Shown: piece by piece, positions 48,367 through 57,824 of the stretch
How the letters are laid out: every line of letters starts with the position of its first letter
Numbering within the stretch: the stretch's first letter is position 1
Assembly (NCBI GenBank): GCA_042919575.1
Contig: CP170648.1
Coordinates: 2,619,515 to 2,683,514, forward strand
Reading direction: 5' to 3'
Source: Stenomitos frigidus ULC029
Lineage (GTDB): Bacteria > Cyanobacteriota > Cyanobacteriia > Leptolyngbyales > Leptolyngbyaceae
DNA length: 64,000 bases
Position numbers and translations under genes: made by a program
The notes under the pieces: model-generated
Told to the model about the DNA's origin: nothing
Database searches by the model: none
The model's input: only the letters and a program-made list of their open reading frames with translations

Positions 48367-50682
48367 CTAATCCAGAAAGGATGTTGACGGATGATCGGAG
48401 TCTGTTTTGGCTTCGACGATCGACGACTCTGGAGCCAACGGAACATCGATCGCACGGTTAGTAGACAGAGACCCTTGCATGATTGCCGTTGGTTCAGCGG
48501 CTGGCGGTATCAGTTGACAGGTGTAATCGTCTTCAACGGCGATGCTAGCAAATTCCAGGGTTGTTTCCTCGAAATCGTCGAGTTTGAGCTGAGTAGGCTC
48601 GTCAGACGGAAGCGATTGCCGTTCAGCCTTGCTGTATAGATAAAAAGGGCGTAAACATTTAATGATGGCTTCGGCAGTCTGCACCGTTTCTGCTGGCTCT
48701 GGCGATCGTCGTGCCGCTGTAAAAAGGCACGCTTCTAGATCTGTATAGGTTTTGCAAACGCCCAAAAGACGGCGGAGTAAGCTATCGAGGTCATGCTGTT
48801 TTAGATTACTCCACTCCTGGTTCGTAAAGCCGAAGTCTTCGTACAGAGCAGAGAACAGCAAGATTTTTGCCTGCAACGGGTTGGCATATTTCATAATGCC
48901 TAGCCGGAAGTCGAACAGGTTAAGTGGTGCGTCTGGCGAAGGCTGAGGTGGTTCGGGTTTGATGGGCGATCGCTGCTCCTCTGACACTATGGCGATCGCT
49001 AATGGTTCCTCTGGATGTGTAGCGGCAGCGAAGGCGATCAGTGGCTCTGCCTCCTGATAGTCGGGGTACAGTCTACCCAGATGGGTGACGATCGTTTGGG
49101 CGATCGTGCGATACTCCTCTTGCTTATTCAGCGTTTTGACTACTGCCTCAAACGCCGCTTCTAGCTGGGCACTTGTACGTGTGAGCTGATGGACTTCCTG
49201 AATTAACTGTTCCAGATTCAGACGTTCTAATTTGGCAGCATCGCTTTCCCATTGACGATGGCAAACGTAGAACAGCAGTTTTTTAATCCGTAGCAGGTCT
49301 GGCTCTGACTGCAAACGTTGAGCAAGGGCAACATAGAGTGCTGAAGCCTCCGCTAATAATGGTTCGGCTAATAGTAGTGGCTCGGCGATCGGTGCGTCTG
49401 CTACAGGCGCGAGTGGCATAGCTTGCTGGAGGGGAGCGATCGGCGGTGCCAGTACAGGTGCCGGTGCCGATGCTTGCTCAGACACGCCATAAAGCTGTTG
49501 CAGCTTATTGATGAGCGCATTAGCAACGAGAGCGTATTCTGCTTGTTTACTCAGGGTTTGGACAAAGACATTAATTGCGATCGTGAGGCGCTCTAACGTT
49601 GGCATAGACTGGTGCAGTTCCGCAATTAAATCTTGCAGACGCAGACCATCCAGCTTATTTTGATCCATCTCCCAGCGCCGTCTACAAACATAGAAAGCAA
49701 GCTTTTTGATGCGTGTGCCATTTCCAGTTGCTTCTAGTTCAGCGGCAAGCTGGTCGTAGAGAGCATTAACTGCATGGGGCGATGGCTGCGGCTCTGCTGC
49801 AAGGTTATAAGAGGTTGGATCGTCGTCGTGGTTGTGCTCTGCTGGGTAAAGCCGACCGACTTCCTTCACCAGAATATTAGCAATCAGGGAATACTCGGCT
49901 GCTTTGCTGAGTGTACGTACGGCTGCATCTAGAAAAAACCGCAGGCGCTCTGGGGTTGGGGCAAGCAGCATTACCTCTTGGATTTGGTCAGAAAGGCTAA
50001 TTAAATTCAGCTTATTGTGATCGCTTTCCCAGCTATTTTTGCACGCGTAGAACAGTAGTTTTTTCACCCGCAGCAGGTTACGGCTTTGCTCTAGATTACG
50101 GATGGCAACTGAGTAGGGATTTAGAACCTGCGACTCTGGTGACATCACAATACGGTAGACAGGCACAACCTCGCGGATGTTTTTCAGTTCGCGCGGGCCG
50201 AGGTATTCGCTGTCAATGTGCAAGCTGGCTTTAATGACATCAAAAACTGTCTGCGAGATGCAGATACCGCCCGGTTCTGCCTCTGTTTGCAACCGTGCCG
50301 CAATGTTAACGCCATTGCCCATTACGTCTGTTTCGGTGATAAACATATCCGCTAAGTGAATGCCAATGCGATGTTCCAGGGCATCTTCAGGCGGCAGTTC
50401 GATCGATCGATCAGTGATGCTTCTTTGAATCTCCATCGCACACTCAACAGCTTTGACCGCGCTAATGAAGCACATGAGCAAGCCATCACCAGTCGATTTC
50501 AAGACTCGCCCCTCATACCGCCTACAGATCTGCTTCATGAACTTAAGATCGCGGCGAATGAGATCCAGTGTATGGTCTTCGTCTACTGACATTCTGGCGC
50601 TGAAGCCAACACAGTCTGTAAAGACAACGGTTGCAAGTGTGCGCTGCCCCCTCATTTCTGATGTCAGTAAATCGTTGTCCAT
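48367..50682 (-). CDS. class III adenylate/guanylate cyclase with four tandem roughly 110-aa repeat modules
   Basis: N-terminal CHD (ATVVFTDCVGFSARM...KSTGDGLLMCF...GNGVNIAARLQ). Four repeats of the type KKL(A/L)FY(V/A)C...W(E/S)(M/S)D.NKL..L.L..LI.E...L..T.ERL follow. Confidence 0.75.
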   Translation of the reverse strand: MDNDLLTSEMRGQRTLATVVFTDCVGFSARMSVDEDHTLDLIRRDLKFMKQICRRYEGRVLKSTGDGLLMCFISAVKAVECAMEIQRSITDRSIELPPEDALEHRIGIHLADMFITETDVMGNGVNIAARLQTEAEPGGICISQTVFDVIKASLHIDSEYLGPRELKNIREVVPVYRIVMSPESQVLNPYSVAIRNLEQSRNLLRVKKLLFYACKNSWESDHNKLNLISLSDQIQEVMLLAPTPERLRFFLDAAVRTLSKAAEYSLIANILVKEVGRLYPAEHNHDDDPTSYNLAAEPQPSPHAVNALYDQLAAELEATGNGTRIKKLAFYVCRRRWEMDQNKLDGLRLQDLIAELHQSMPTLERLTIAINVFVQTLSKQAEYALVANALINKLQQLYGVSEQASAPAPVLAPPIAPLQQAMPLAPVADAPIAEPLLLAEPLLAEASALYVALAQRLQSEPDLLRIKKLLFYVCHRQWESDAAKLERLNLEQLIQEVHQLTRTSAQLEAAFEAVVKTLNKQEEYRTIAQTIVTHLGRLYPDYQEAEPLIAFAAATHPEEPLAIAIVSEEQRSPIKPEPPQPSPDAPLNLFDFRLGIMKYANPLQAKILLFSALYEDFGFTNQEWSNLKQHDLDSLLRRLLGVCKTYTDLEACLFTAARRSPEPAETVQTAEAIIKCLRPFYLYSKAERQSLPSDEPTQLKLDDFEETTLEFASIAVEDDYTCQLIPPAAEPTAIMQGSLSTNRAIDVPLAPESSIVEAKTDSDHPSTSFLD

Positions 50683-51055
50683 GAATTTTGACTGGCAAGG
50701 GGGCGCAGACCGCAGGGGTAGCCGTAGGCGATATCAAGGCGTAGATGGCGTTAGGCATAGTGTTTGAGGAAACAGCCTGCCGCTAAAGCCCTGCATGAGT
50801 CGTCAGACGATCGCACCACGGCTCATTTCAGAAGTCGAAAATTTGATTGAAGTTTGATCAAAACTGTCAAACATATCAGCACCACAGGCAACTTAATTGT
50901 AGACACTCCTTTGCATAGAGTGCCCTAATGTCTAAAATTTTGCATAACGATAGGGGCATTGGGAACAAGGAGGCGGGCGGGCGGGGAAGAGAGAAGAGCC
51001 ATTCTATTTTGACTTTCTGACCATCCATATCTAATGTCTAAGCTTTTCGTTGGCT

Positions 51056-51766
51056 CTAATTAACTCCTTCCCCCTCACTCCTCTCCCCAGCCAGCCGCGT
51101 GACACTTTGCACGACTAACGGCACAGCGCCCAAAAGGATAATCCCAGCGACGAAGAGACTGATGGCTCCGTCTGCCCAGAACCAGTGGAGTGCTGCAACC
51201 GCGATCGCAGCGAGAATCACACCGATGCAGCTTATGGCATCTGCCAGGACATGGAGAAAGGCCCCACGCAAATTAAGGTCGTGCTCACTACCGCGATGCA
51301 ACAGGGCAATATTGGCGCTGTTGACAGCAAGCCCAATGCCTGCGGTCAGGAGCATCGGCAGACTGGCGATCGTCTCTGGAGGGGTTTGCAGCCGTTGGAG
51401 CGCTTCCCAACCAATCCACAGGGCGATCGCAACGAGTCCTAACCCGTTAAGCAAGGCTGCCCAGGTCTCCCAGGCGGCGACTGGCTGGGTTGCCAGCGGT
51501 GTTGCTACAAGGTCTGTCAGGGAATCACTCAAGATGCTCTGTTTGGGGCGCTGAGCCAGCCGAGTTGCCACTAGCGCCAGCAGCAGTGCCACACTGTCGG
51601 CTGCCATATGTCCGGCTTCGGCAATGAGCGCCAAGCTGTCACTGGTCAAACCAACGATGAGTTCGGCGATCGCAAAACCACCGATCAGCAAGAGTGCGAT
51701 CGCTAGCTGAGTTTGCTTTGCTTGAGGGTCGATTGTGTGACAGCAGTCAGCGGAATGTTGGTGCAT
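51056..51766 (-). CDS. cation diffusion facilitator (CDF) transporter, membrane domain only (C-terminal cytoplasmic domain missing)
   Basis: SLALIAEAGHMAADSVALLLALVA is CDF-like. The protein stops after about 236 aa inside a GA-rich repeat (…GERSEGEGVN*). Confidence 0.6.
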   Translation of the reverse strand: MHQHSADCCHTIDPQAKQTQLAIALLLIGGFAIAELIVGLTSDSLALIAEAGHMAADSVALLLALVATRLAQRPKQSILSDSLTDLVATPLATQPVAAWETWAALLNGLGLVAIALWIGWEALQRLQTPPETIASLPMLLTAGIGLAVNSANIALLHRGSEHDLNLRGAFLHVLADAISCIGVILAAIAVAALHWFWADGAISLFVAGIILLGAVPLVVQSVTRLAGERSEGEGVN

Positions 51767-51910
51767 TTACGAGAAAAAGGAGCAATTGAGCCATGAAAAT
51801 GTGACACCCCGTCAATTCTATCGTCTGTGGCATTCTCAAAAATGGTCTGAGCCAGTCGCCGATTGGTCAATCAAGCCATAAGATGATATCAGGGCTTTAG
51901 GAGTTGTGCT

Positions 51911-53935
51911 ATGAACCGTTCCCAGACCGCTCCCATGACTCAGCAAGAGCGTCAAACGCTCAGTCGTGTGATTGATTATAGTCAAGCAACATCCATTCCA
52001 GCGCTGTGGGCGATCGCGGCGCAACGCTTCAGCCAAAACACTGCCGTTTACGATCCCCATGCCGAGCCAGCGCTTAAGCTGACCTACGCTGCCCTTTACC
52101 AGCAAATGCAGCAGTTCGCGATCGGGCTACAGGCGTTAGGCGTACAGCCCGGTGAGCACATCGCCTTATTCTCCGATAACAACCCCCGCTGGCCCGTTGC
52201 TGACCAGGGCATCATGATGGCAGGTGCCGCAAATGCTGTGCGTGGCTCTCAGGCAGACCGCGACGAACTGCTGTTTATTCTGAAACACAGCGACAGCATC
52301 GGACTGGTCGTGCAAGACCAGGCAACGTTAACAAAGCTGGCTCAAGGTCTGGAGTCCCTGCCGCTACGGTTTATCGTACTGCTGACTGATGAAATGCCAT
52401 CGCCAGTCGGTACGATCAAGACGCTGAATTTTTCGCAATTGATGCAGACGGGCACAGGTCATACCCTTCAGCCTGTAAAGCTAGAACGTGACACGCTGGC
52501 AACCTTGATGTATACCTCTGGCACCTCTGGAATGCCAAAAGGGGTCATGCTGAGCCACAACAATTTACTGTCTCAAGTGACAGCAGCAGCCTCGGTCGTC
52601 AATCCCCAAAATGGGCGTGTGTTGAGCATTCTACCGATCTGGCACTGCTACGAGCGCACGTTTGAATACTTTACCTTTGCCTATGGCTGTACGCAGGCAT
52701 ACACCAACATTCGCTACGTCAAGAAAGACCTAAAGGATTTCAAGCCAAATTATATGGTGGCAGTGCCCCGGCTGTGGGAGTCCATTTACGAGGGCGTGCA
52801 AAAGCAGTTTCGAGAGCAACCTGCCAGTAAGCAGCGGTTGGTGAACTTCTTTTTGGGCGTGAGCCATCGTTACATTGCGGCACGTCGGCTGGTGGAGGGT
52901 GTGAGTTTGGAAAAGCTCCAGCCATCGATCGCCCAACGCCTTGCCGCTGCTGTCCAAGCTGCCGTTTTTTGGTTGCCCCATCAACTGGGCGATCGCCTGG
53001 TGTATAAAAAGGTGCGAGCAGGCATTGGGGGAGAGGTTGCCTTTTTTGTCAGTGGTGGAGGCTCGATCGCTGAACACCTGGAAGATTTTTTTGAAGTCGT
53101 TGGTATTCCGATTTTGGGCGGCTATGGGCTGACCGAAACCGCGCCTATTACCCATGTGCGTCGCCCCTGGCGCAACATTCGGGGTGGTGATGGGCAACCC
53201 CTACGCGACACCGAAACCCGCATTGTCGATCTTGAAACCCGCCAACCGCTGCCACTGCTGAAGCAAGGGCTAGTCCTGATTCGTGAGCCTCAGGTCATGC
53301 AGGGCTACTACAAAAACCCGGAAGCAACAGCTAAGGCGATCGATGCCGATGGCTGGTTCAACACAGGCGATTTGGGTTGGGTGACGGAGCAAGGCGATCT
53401 AATCATCACCGGACGCGCTAAAGACACGATCGTTCTGACGAGCGGTGAAAATATCGAACCGCAGCCGATTGAAGATGCCTGCCTCCGCAGCGCTTACATT
53501 GACCAAATCATGCTCGTTGGTCAGGATCAAAAAGTGTTGGGAGCACTAATTGTGCCCAACCTAGAGGCATTGCAAAAGTGGGCAGCCGCGCAGAATCTTG
53601 AGCTGCAACTGCCTGGGGAGGAGGAAGGAGAGAGGAGAGAGGAGAGAGAGAGGAGTCAGAAGCCAGAATCAACTCAAAACGCTTCACCCCTCACCCCTTA
53701 CTCCTTACCCCTGACCCTGAACAGCAAACCCGTTCAAGACCTAGTACGGCAGGAACTCAACCGAGAAGTGAAGAATCGTCCGGGCTATCGGGCAGACGAT
53801 CGCATTGGTCCGTTTCGACTGCTACTAGAGCCTTTTACGATCGACAATGGGCTGCTGACACAAACGCTAAAAATCCGGCGCAATGTCGTGATGGAACGCT
53901 ACCAGGGTATGATTAACGAGATGTTCGTTGGCTGA
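51911..53935 (+). CDS. aas: AMP-dependent synthetase/ligase (long-chain acyl-CoA/acyl-ACP synthetase-like)
   Basis: AMP-binding motif MYTSGTSGMPKGV, plus YGLTETAP and GWFNTGDLG. Carries an in-frame composite repeat at 53614-53720. Confidence 0.8.
   Translation: MNRSQTAPMTQQERQTLSRVIDYSQATSIPALWAIAAQRFSQNTAVYDPHAEPALKLTYAALYQQMQQFAIGLQALGVQPGEHIALFSDNNPRWPVADQGIMMAGAANAVRGSQADRDELLFILKHSDSIGLVVQDQATLTKLAQGLESLPLRFIVLLTDEMPSPVGTIKTLNFSQLMQTGTGHTLQPVKLERDTLATLMYTSGTSGMPKGVMLSHNNLLSQVTAAASVVNPQNGRVLSILPIWHCYERTFEYFTFAYGCTQAYTNIRYVKKDLKDFKPNYMVAVPRLWESIYEGVQKQFREQPASKQRLVNFFLGVSHRYIAARRLVEGVSLEKLQPSIAQRLAAAVQAAVFWLPHQLGDRLVYKKVRAGIGGEVAFFVSGGGSIAEHLEDFFEVVGIPILGGYGLTETAPITHVRRPWRNIRGGDGQPLRDTETRIVDLETRQPLPLLKQGLVLIREPQVMQGYYKNPEATAKAIDADGWFNTGDLGWVTEQGDLIITGRAKDTIVLTSGENIEPQPIEDACLRSAYIDQIMLVGQDQKVLGALIVPNLEALQKWAAAQNLELQLPGEEEGERREERERSQKPESTQNASPLTPYSLPLTLNSKPVQDLVRQELNREVKNRPGYRADDRIGPFRLLLEPFTIDNGLLTQTLKIRRNVVMERYQGMINEMFVG
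53614..53720 (+). repeat. in-frame composite repeat inside aas (GA-rich, then aactcaaaac, then C-rich ccctcacccc...)
   Basis: ggaggaggaaggagagaggagagaggagagagagaggag...caactcaaaacgcttcacccctcaccccttactccttacccctgaccc. Encodes EEEGERREERERSQ...STQNASPLTPYSLPLTL. Confidence 0.75.
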
Positions 53936-54025
53936 TCTGGTGCAAGCTACAATGTTCGATCGGTAATTTCTGGATGGGTGCATGAGCGCAGTGGGTAGCA
54001 CCAGCACAGTGGCTCGCCTAGCAGT

Positions 54026-54565
54026 TTGCTTCAGCATTATAAAGTTTGCTTAACTAATCGCCAGCTAATCACCAACGGACACTCTGTCCTCCAACATTTT
54101 TGCGACTCAACATTTATGGATGTTTCTCAATCTCACTTGCTGCTGAAGCGCACGATCAACGTCAAGGCGATCGTCACCGCTCGATGGAAAGATGACGCAC
54201 AGCAACAGCTCCAGGCGCAGCTTAACCAGCTCGACAACCAGCTTCAGCAACTCGAAATGCAAGGGCAGCGCATGATTGCCGAAATTCAGAAGCAGAGCCT
54301 CAAGCCACCCGGTCCTGAAACGCTCCAGCAAATTGATGGCATCCAAATTCAGGTGAACGAAAAAAAGAGCGAATTTTTGGAGCAAAAAAACCAAATTTTG
54401 CAGCAGCTTCAGCAAATTCAACTGCTAGAGCTAGACCAAGAGGTGCAGCAGGGGCAGATCGACAGCATTTTTCGGGTTGAAACGGGCGATAATTTGATCG
54501 AAAAAATGCAGGTTGAAATCTTACTGCGTGATGGCGTTGTAGAAGCAATTCGCGGAGCCGTTTAA
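54026..54565 (+). CDS. hypothetical Gln-rich coiled-coil protein (possibly YlqD-like; real start may be the Met at 54116)
   Basis: VKAIVTARWKDDAQQQL... then heptad-like Q/L-rich sequence. Confidence 0.4.
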   Translation: MLQHYKVCLTNRQLITNGHSVLQHFCDSTFMDVSQSHLLLKRTINVKAIVTARWKDDAQQQLQAQLNQLDNQLQQLEMQGQRMIAEIQKQSLKPPGPETLQQIDGIQIQVNEKKSEFLEQKNQILQQLQQIQLLELDQEVQQGQIDSIFRVETGDNLIEKMQVEILLRDGVVEAIRGAV

Positions 54566-54656
54566 CTAGCCTGTAACCATTCGGTTATCGATCGCCCTGC
54601 CTGCACCCTCACGCCACACACCGTCTTTCACTTACTTTTCTGACTGGACTCACTCC

Positions 54657-55955
54657 ATGATTTACGAAGTTTTCATGCCTGCACTTAGCTCCACGATGAC
54701 CGAGGGGAAGATTGTTTCCTGGGTCAAAGCACCTGGCGATAAGGTCGAAAAAGGTGAAACGGTCGTCGTGGTGGAATCTGACAAAGCAGATATGGATGTG
54801 GAATCCTTTTATGAGGGCTACTTAGGTTTGATTGTGGTGCCAGCAGGCGAAAGTGCTCCCGTTGGCGCAGCGATCGCCCTGATTGCCGAAACTGAAGCTG
54901 AAATTGCCACGACTCAACAGCAAGCGGCAGGTCAAGCGGCTCCCGTTGAAACCCCAGGCGCGATCGCAGCTACCAAAGATGTGCCGACAGCCGTAGCGAC
55001 TCCAGTCGCCTCTGTGCAAAACGGGAATGCAGCAGGGAGTGCAACCACTCCAAACGGACGGATGGTGGTTTCGCCTCGCGCCCGTAAACTGGCAAAAGAG
55101 CTGAAAGTTGACCTGAATACTCTCAGCGGCAGTGGACCCCACGGACGCATCGTTGCCGAAGATGTTGAAGCTGCCGCTGGTAGACCTGCTGCCAAAGCCC
55201 CTATTGCACCACCGCCGCCACTGCCCTCAGTCACGCCTTCGGTTGCCAAACCAGCCATCGCGCCTCCTGCGCCTGCGATCGGAGGGCAGCAAGTACCCCT
55301 TACAACGCTACAAAACGCGATCGTGCGGAATATGGCAGCCAGCCTGGAAGTTCCCACTTTCCACGTTGGCTATACAATTACAACCGACCATCTGGACAAG
55401 CTCTACAAGCAAATTAAGTCTAAAGGTGTGACGATGACAGCGCTGCTGGCAAAAGCCGTTGCTGTCACGCTGCAAAAGCATCCGCTCTTGAATGCAAGCT
55501 ATGTCAATCAGAACATCTCTCATCCAGCTGGGATTAACGTAGCTGTAGCGGTGGCAATGGATGATGGCGGACTGATTACGCCTGTGTTGCAGCAAGCCGA
55601 TCAATTGGATATCTATACCCTATCGCGCACCTGGAAAAGCCTGGTCGATCGCGCCAGAGCGAAGCAGTTGCAGCCAGACGAGTATAGTTCCGGCACCTTC
55701 ACGATTTCTAATCTCGGTATGTTTGGGGTCGATCGCTTTGATGCTATCTTGCCCCCCAATACAGGAGCCATTTTGGCGATCGGTGCGTCTCTTCCTGCCG
55801 TTGTCGCTACGGATGACGGCTTCTTCGGCGTGAAACGGCAAATGCAGGTCAATCTCACTGCCGACCATCGCATCATCTACGGTGCCCATGCGGCTGCTTT
55901 CTTGAAGGATCTGGCAAAGCTGATTGAAACCAACGCCCAGTCCCTCACAATGTAG
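54657..55955 (+). CDS. pdhC: dihydrolipoamide acetyltransferase (E2) of the pyruvate dehydrogenase complex
   Basis: Lipoyl domain (VESDKADMDVE), E3-binding domain (SPRARKLAKELKVDL...GSGPHGRI) and catalytic domain (DHRIIYGAHAA). Confidence 0.9.
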   Translation: MIYEVFMPALSSTMTEGKIVSWVKAPGDKVEKGETVVVVESDKADMDVESFYEGYLGLIVVPAGESAPVGAAIALIAETEAEIATTQQQAAGQAAPVETPGAIAATKDVPTAVATPVASVQNGNAAGSATTPNGRMVVSPRARKLAKELKVDLNTLSGSGPHGRIVAEDVEAAAGRPAAKAPIAPPPPLPSVTPSVAKPAIAPPAPAIGGQQVPLTTLQNAIVRNMAASLEVPTFHVGYTITTDHLDKLYKQIKSKGVTMTALLAKAVAVTLQKHPLLNASYVNQNISHPAGINVAVAVAMDDGGLITPVLQQADQLDIYTLSRTWKSLVDRARAKQLQPDEYSSGTFTISNLGMFGVDRFDAILPPNTGAILAIGASLPAVVATDDGFFGVKRQMQVNLTADHRIIYGAHAAAFLKDLAKLIETNAQSLTM

Positions 55956-55976
55956 GGCATACCCTACAGGTCAGCT

Positions 55977-56858
55977 CTACCGAATACCCCAGCGTCGCCG
56001 CCAACTGGATGTTGACTCCAAGGTACTTTGCTGTTGCTCCTGGTAATGCTGCTCCAGAATCGTTGTGGCATCTCCTTGCAGTGTGGGATCGCGATACGGT
56101 ATGGCTGCCCGTGTTTGCAAATGCTCCTGCTCTAGTTGTGTCAGGGGATGCAGCGTTTGAGCATCAAAGCTGCCGATCGTGCCCTGTGACCACTCGTGTG
56201 GCAAGTGGTTGGCAGCAGGCGGTAGCGTTCCCAGACAAAATCCCGCCGATTGCATTGCCGATCGCACTGCCGCCGAGCGTGAATACGTTGCGAGTTTACC
56301 GTCTGGTGCTAAACAGCGTGCCACCCGTGCGAAAAACTCGATCGTCCATAGCTGCGGGCACCGACGTGGCGAGAACGGGTCAAAGAAAATAGCGTCTGCT
56401 TGCCACCCTGCGGCACAGAGCATCTGAATCGTTTGACGGGCATCACCAAGCAAGAGTGTTGCCGTCAGGTGAGGCAAAAGGCAAGCGTGCGCCAGCGCCA
56501 TTTGTTGCAAAACTGCTTGTACCGTTAACGACCAGCCATCCAGCAAGGGCGGGACGATCGCCGCCTGTGGCACAGTGGCATCCAACTCCAGTGCATAGAG
56601 TTCTACCTGACACTCTGGGTTCACTGCCCAGATGGTTTCCAGCGCTGCCGCCGTGTTGTAGCCCAGTCCATAGCAAATGTCTAACACCCGCAGATGACGA
56701 TGGTGCGCTTTCGTCCTTAGCTCAGTTGCTACTACGAACTTGGAAAATGCCTCAGCACGAGCGCCTTGAAGGCTATGGAACGACTCGCCAAAAGCTTCCG
56801 AAAAGAAAGTGAACGAACCATCAGCGGTTGGCTGCGGCACCCAGGGTTGTAAAGGCAT
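55977..56858 (-). CDS. MnmC/MnmD-like tRNA U34 methylaminomethyl-modification methyltransferase domain protein (DUF752)
   Basis: PTADGSFTFFSEAFGESFHS...LRVLDICYGLGYN...IFFDPFSP matches the MnmC N-domain/MnmD pattern. Confidence 0.55.
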   Translation of the reverse strand: MPLQPWVPQPTADGSFTFFSEAFGESFHSLQGARAEAFSKFVVATELRTKAHHRHLRVLDICYGLGYNTAAALETIWAVNPECQVELYALELDATVPQAAIVPPLLDGWSLTVQAVLQQMALAHACLLPHLTATLLLGDARQTIQMLCAAGWQADAIFFDPFSPRRCPQLWTIEFFARVARCLAPDGKLATYSRSAAVRSAMQSAGFCLGTLPPAANHLPHEWSQGTIGSFDAQTLHPLTQLEQEHLQTRAAIPYRDPTLQGDATTILEQHYQEQQQSTLESTSSWRRRWGIR

Positions 56859-57824
56859 AAGAGAAGAGCATTACTTAGATGCAGAATTTGGATGCAAAGT
56901 ACCTACGAAAAATTACGTATTTCTCATGGTTCTAGTTTTCCTATTTCAGCAGAAATTTGGATTGACCGCTAAAAGAATTAAATGCTTTTTAGTTTCTAAT
57001 CTTTCGATCGATCCTGGTGTAATACCTTTATTCATATAGGCATATTTCAGTTTTGCAACGTTATATCTATTACCTAAACCCTCCTCCTTAAAGGTGAGAA
57101 AGGAAGTCAGCCGAGTCTCTTTTTTAACGGGGAGAGGGCTTAAAGTCCTTAGCTTGCATGAAAAAGGTAAGCTCTACAGAAAAGGGATATACCCCATGAG
57201 TACTTTAAAGAGCTGGAAAGAAAAAGTATTTAAGCAATTGTATGCCAAGCCCGATCGTTTTTTCAATTCAATGGTTCAAAAGCCCTGCTGCTTTCTAAGC
57301 TATAGCGTCCAAACACTGAATATTTTGAAATGCTAGAGGCATTCGGCAAATAATTTTCCGTAAAGGTACTGAGATTAGTATCTTAACTATCTGGAATACT
57401 CTAAACAGAAGTAATTAAATATAAGCGGCGACAAACATTGTTTGAAAGCAGCCTAGGTGATGAGAACCTTTCATAAAAAACGATTTGCTTTGTAAGACAG
57501 CACTAGCATTTCGCCAATAACGATTTGAGTCTTGTGTGTTTTCTAAAACAGCTTCGTTGCAAGGGCAATAAGGAACATCCTGGGCAAAAGCACAACCCTT
57601 TATGCTCAGCCGTTCACCGTCTTAACTAATTACCAAAAGCACCAGCACGATCGCATCGTCCAGATGCCGTCATGTCTGATCAATTGGTACTCCTACCGCT
57701 CACTTAGGCAATAGCATTTTTGCCGTCTCCTTTAGCTTCTCACTCGTGAAATGGGCTGCGGTTCTAGTAACCACAATGCAGTCTGGTCAATCTGTTACTT
57801 ACTTGTTCAGTCTTTTTCAGGATT

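Noticed and set aside
57094-57336. 80-aa ORF in the AT-rich region upstream of the surface-protein operon
   Set aside because: Lys-rich, low-complexity translation of AT-rich DNA with no RBS. Likely non-coding leader or regulatory DNA.
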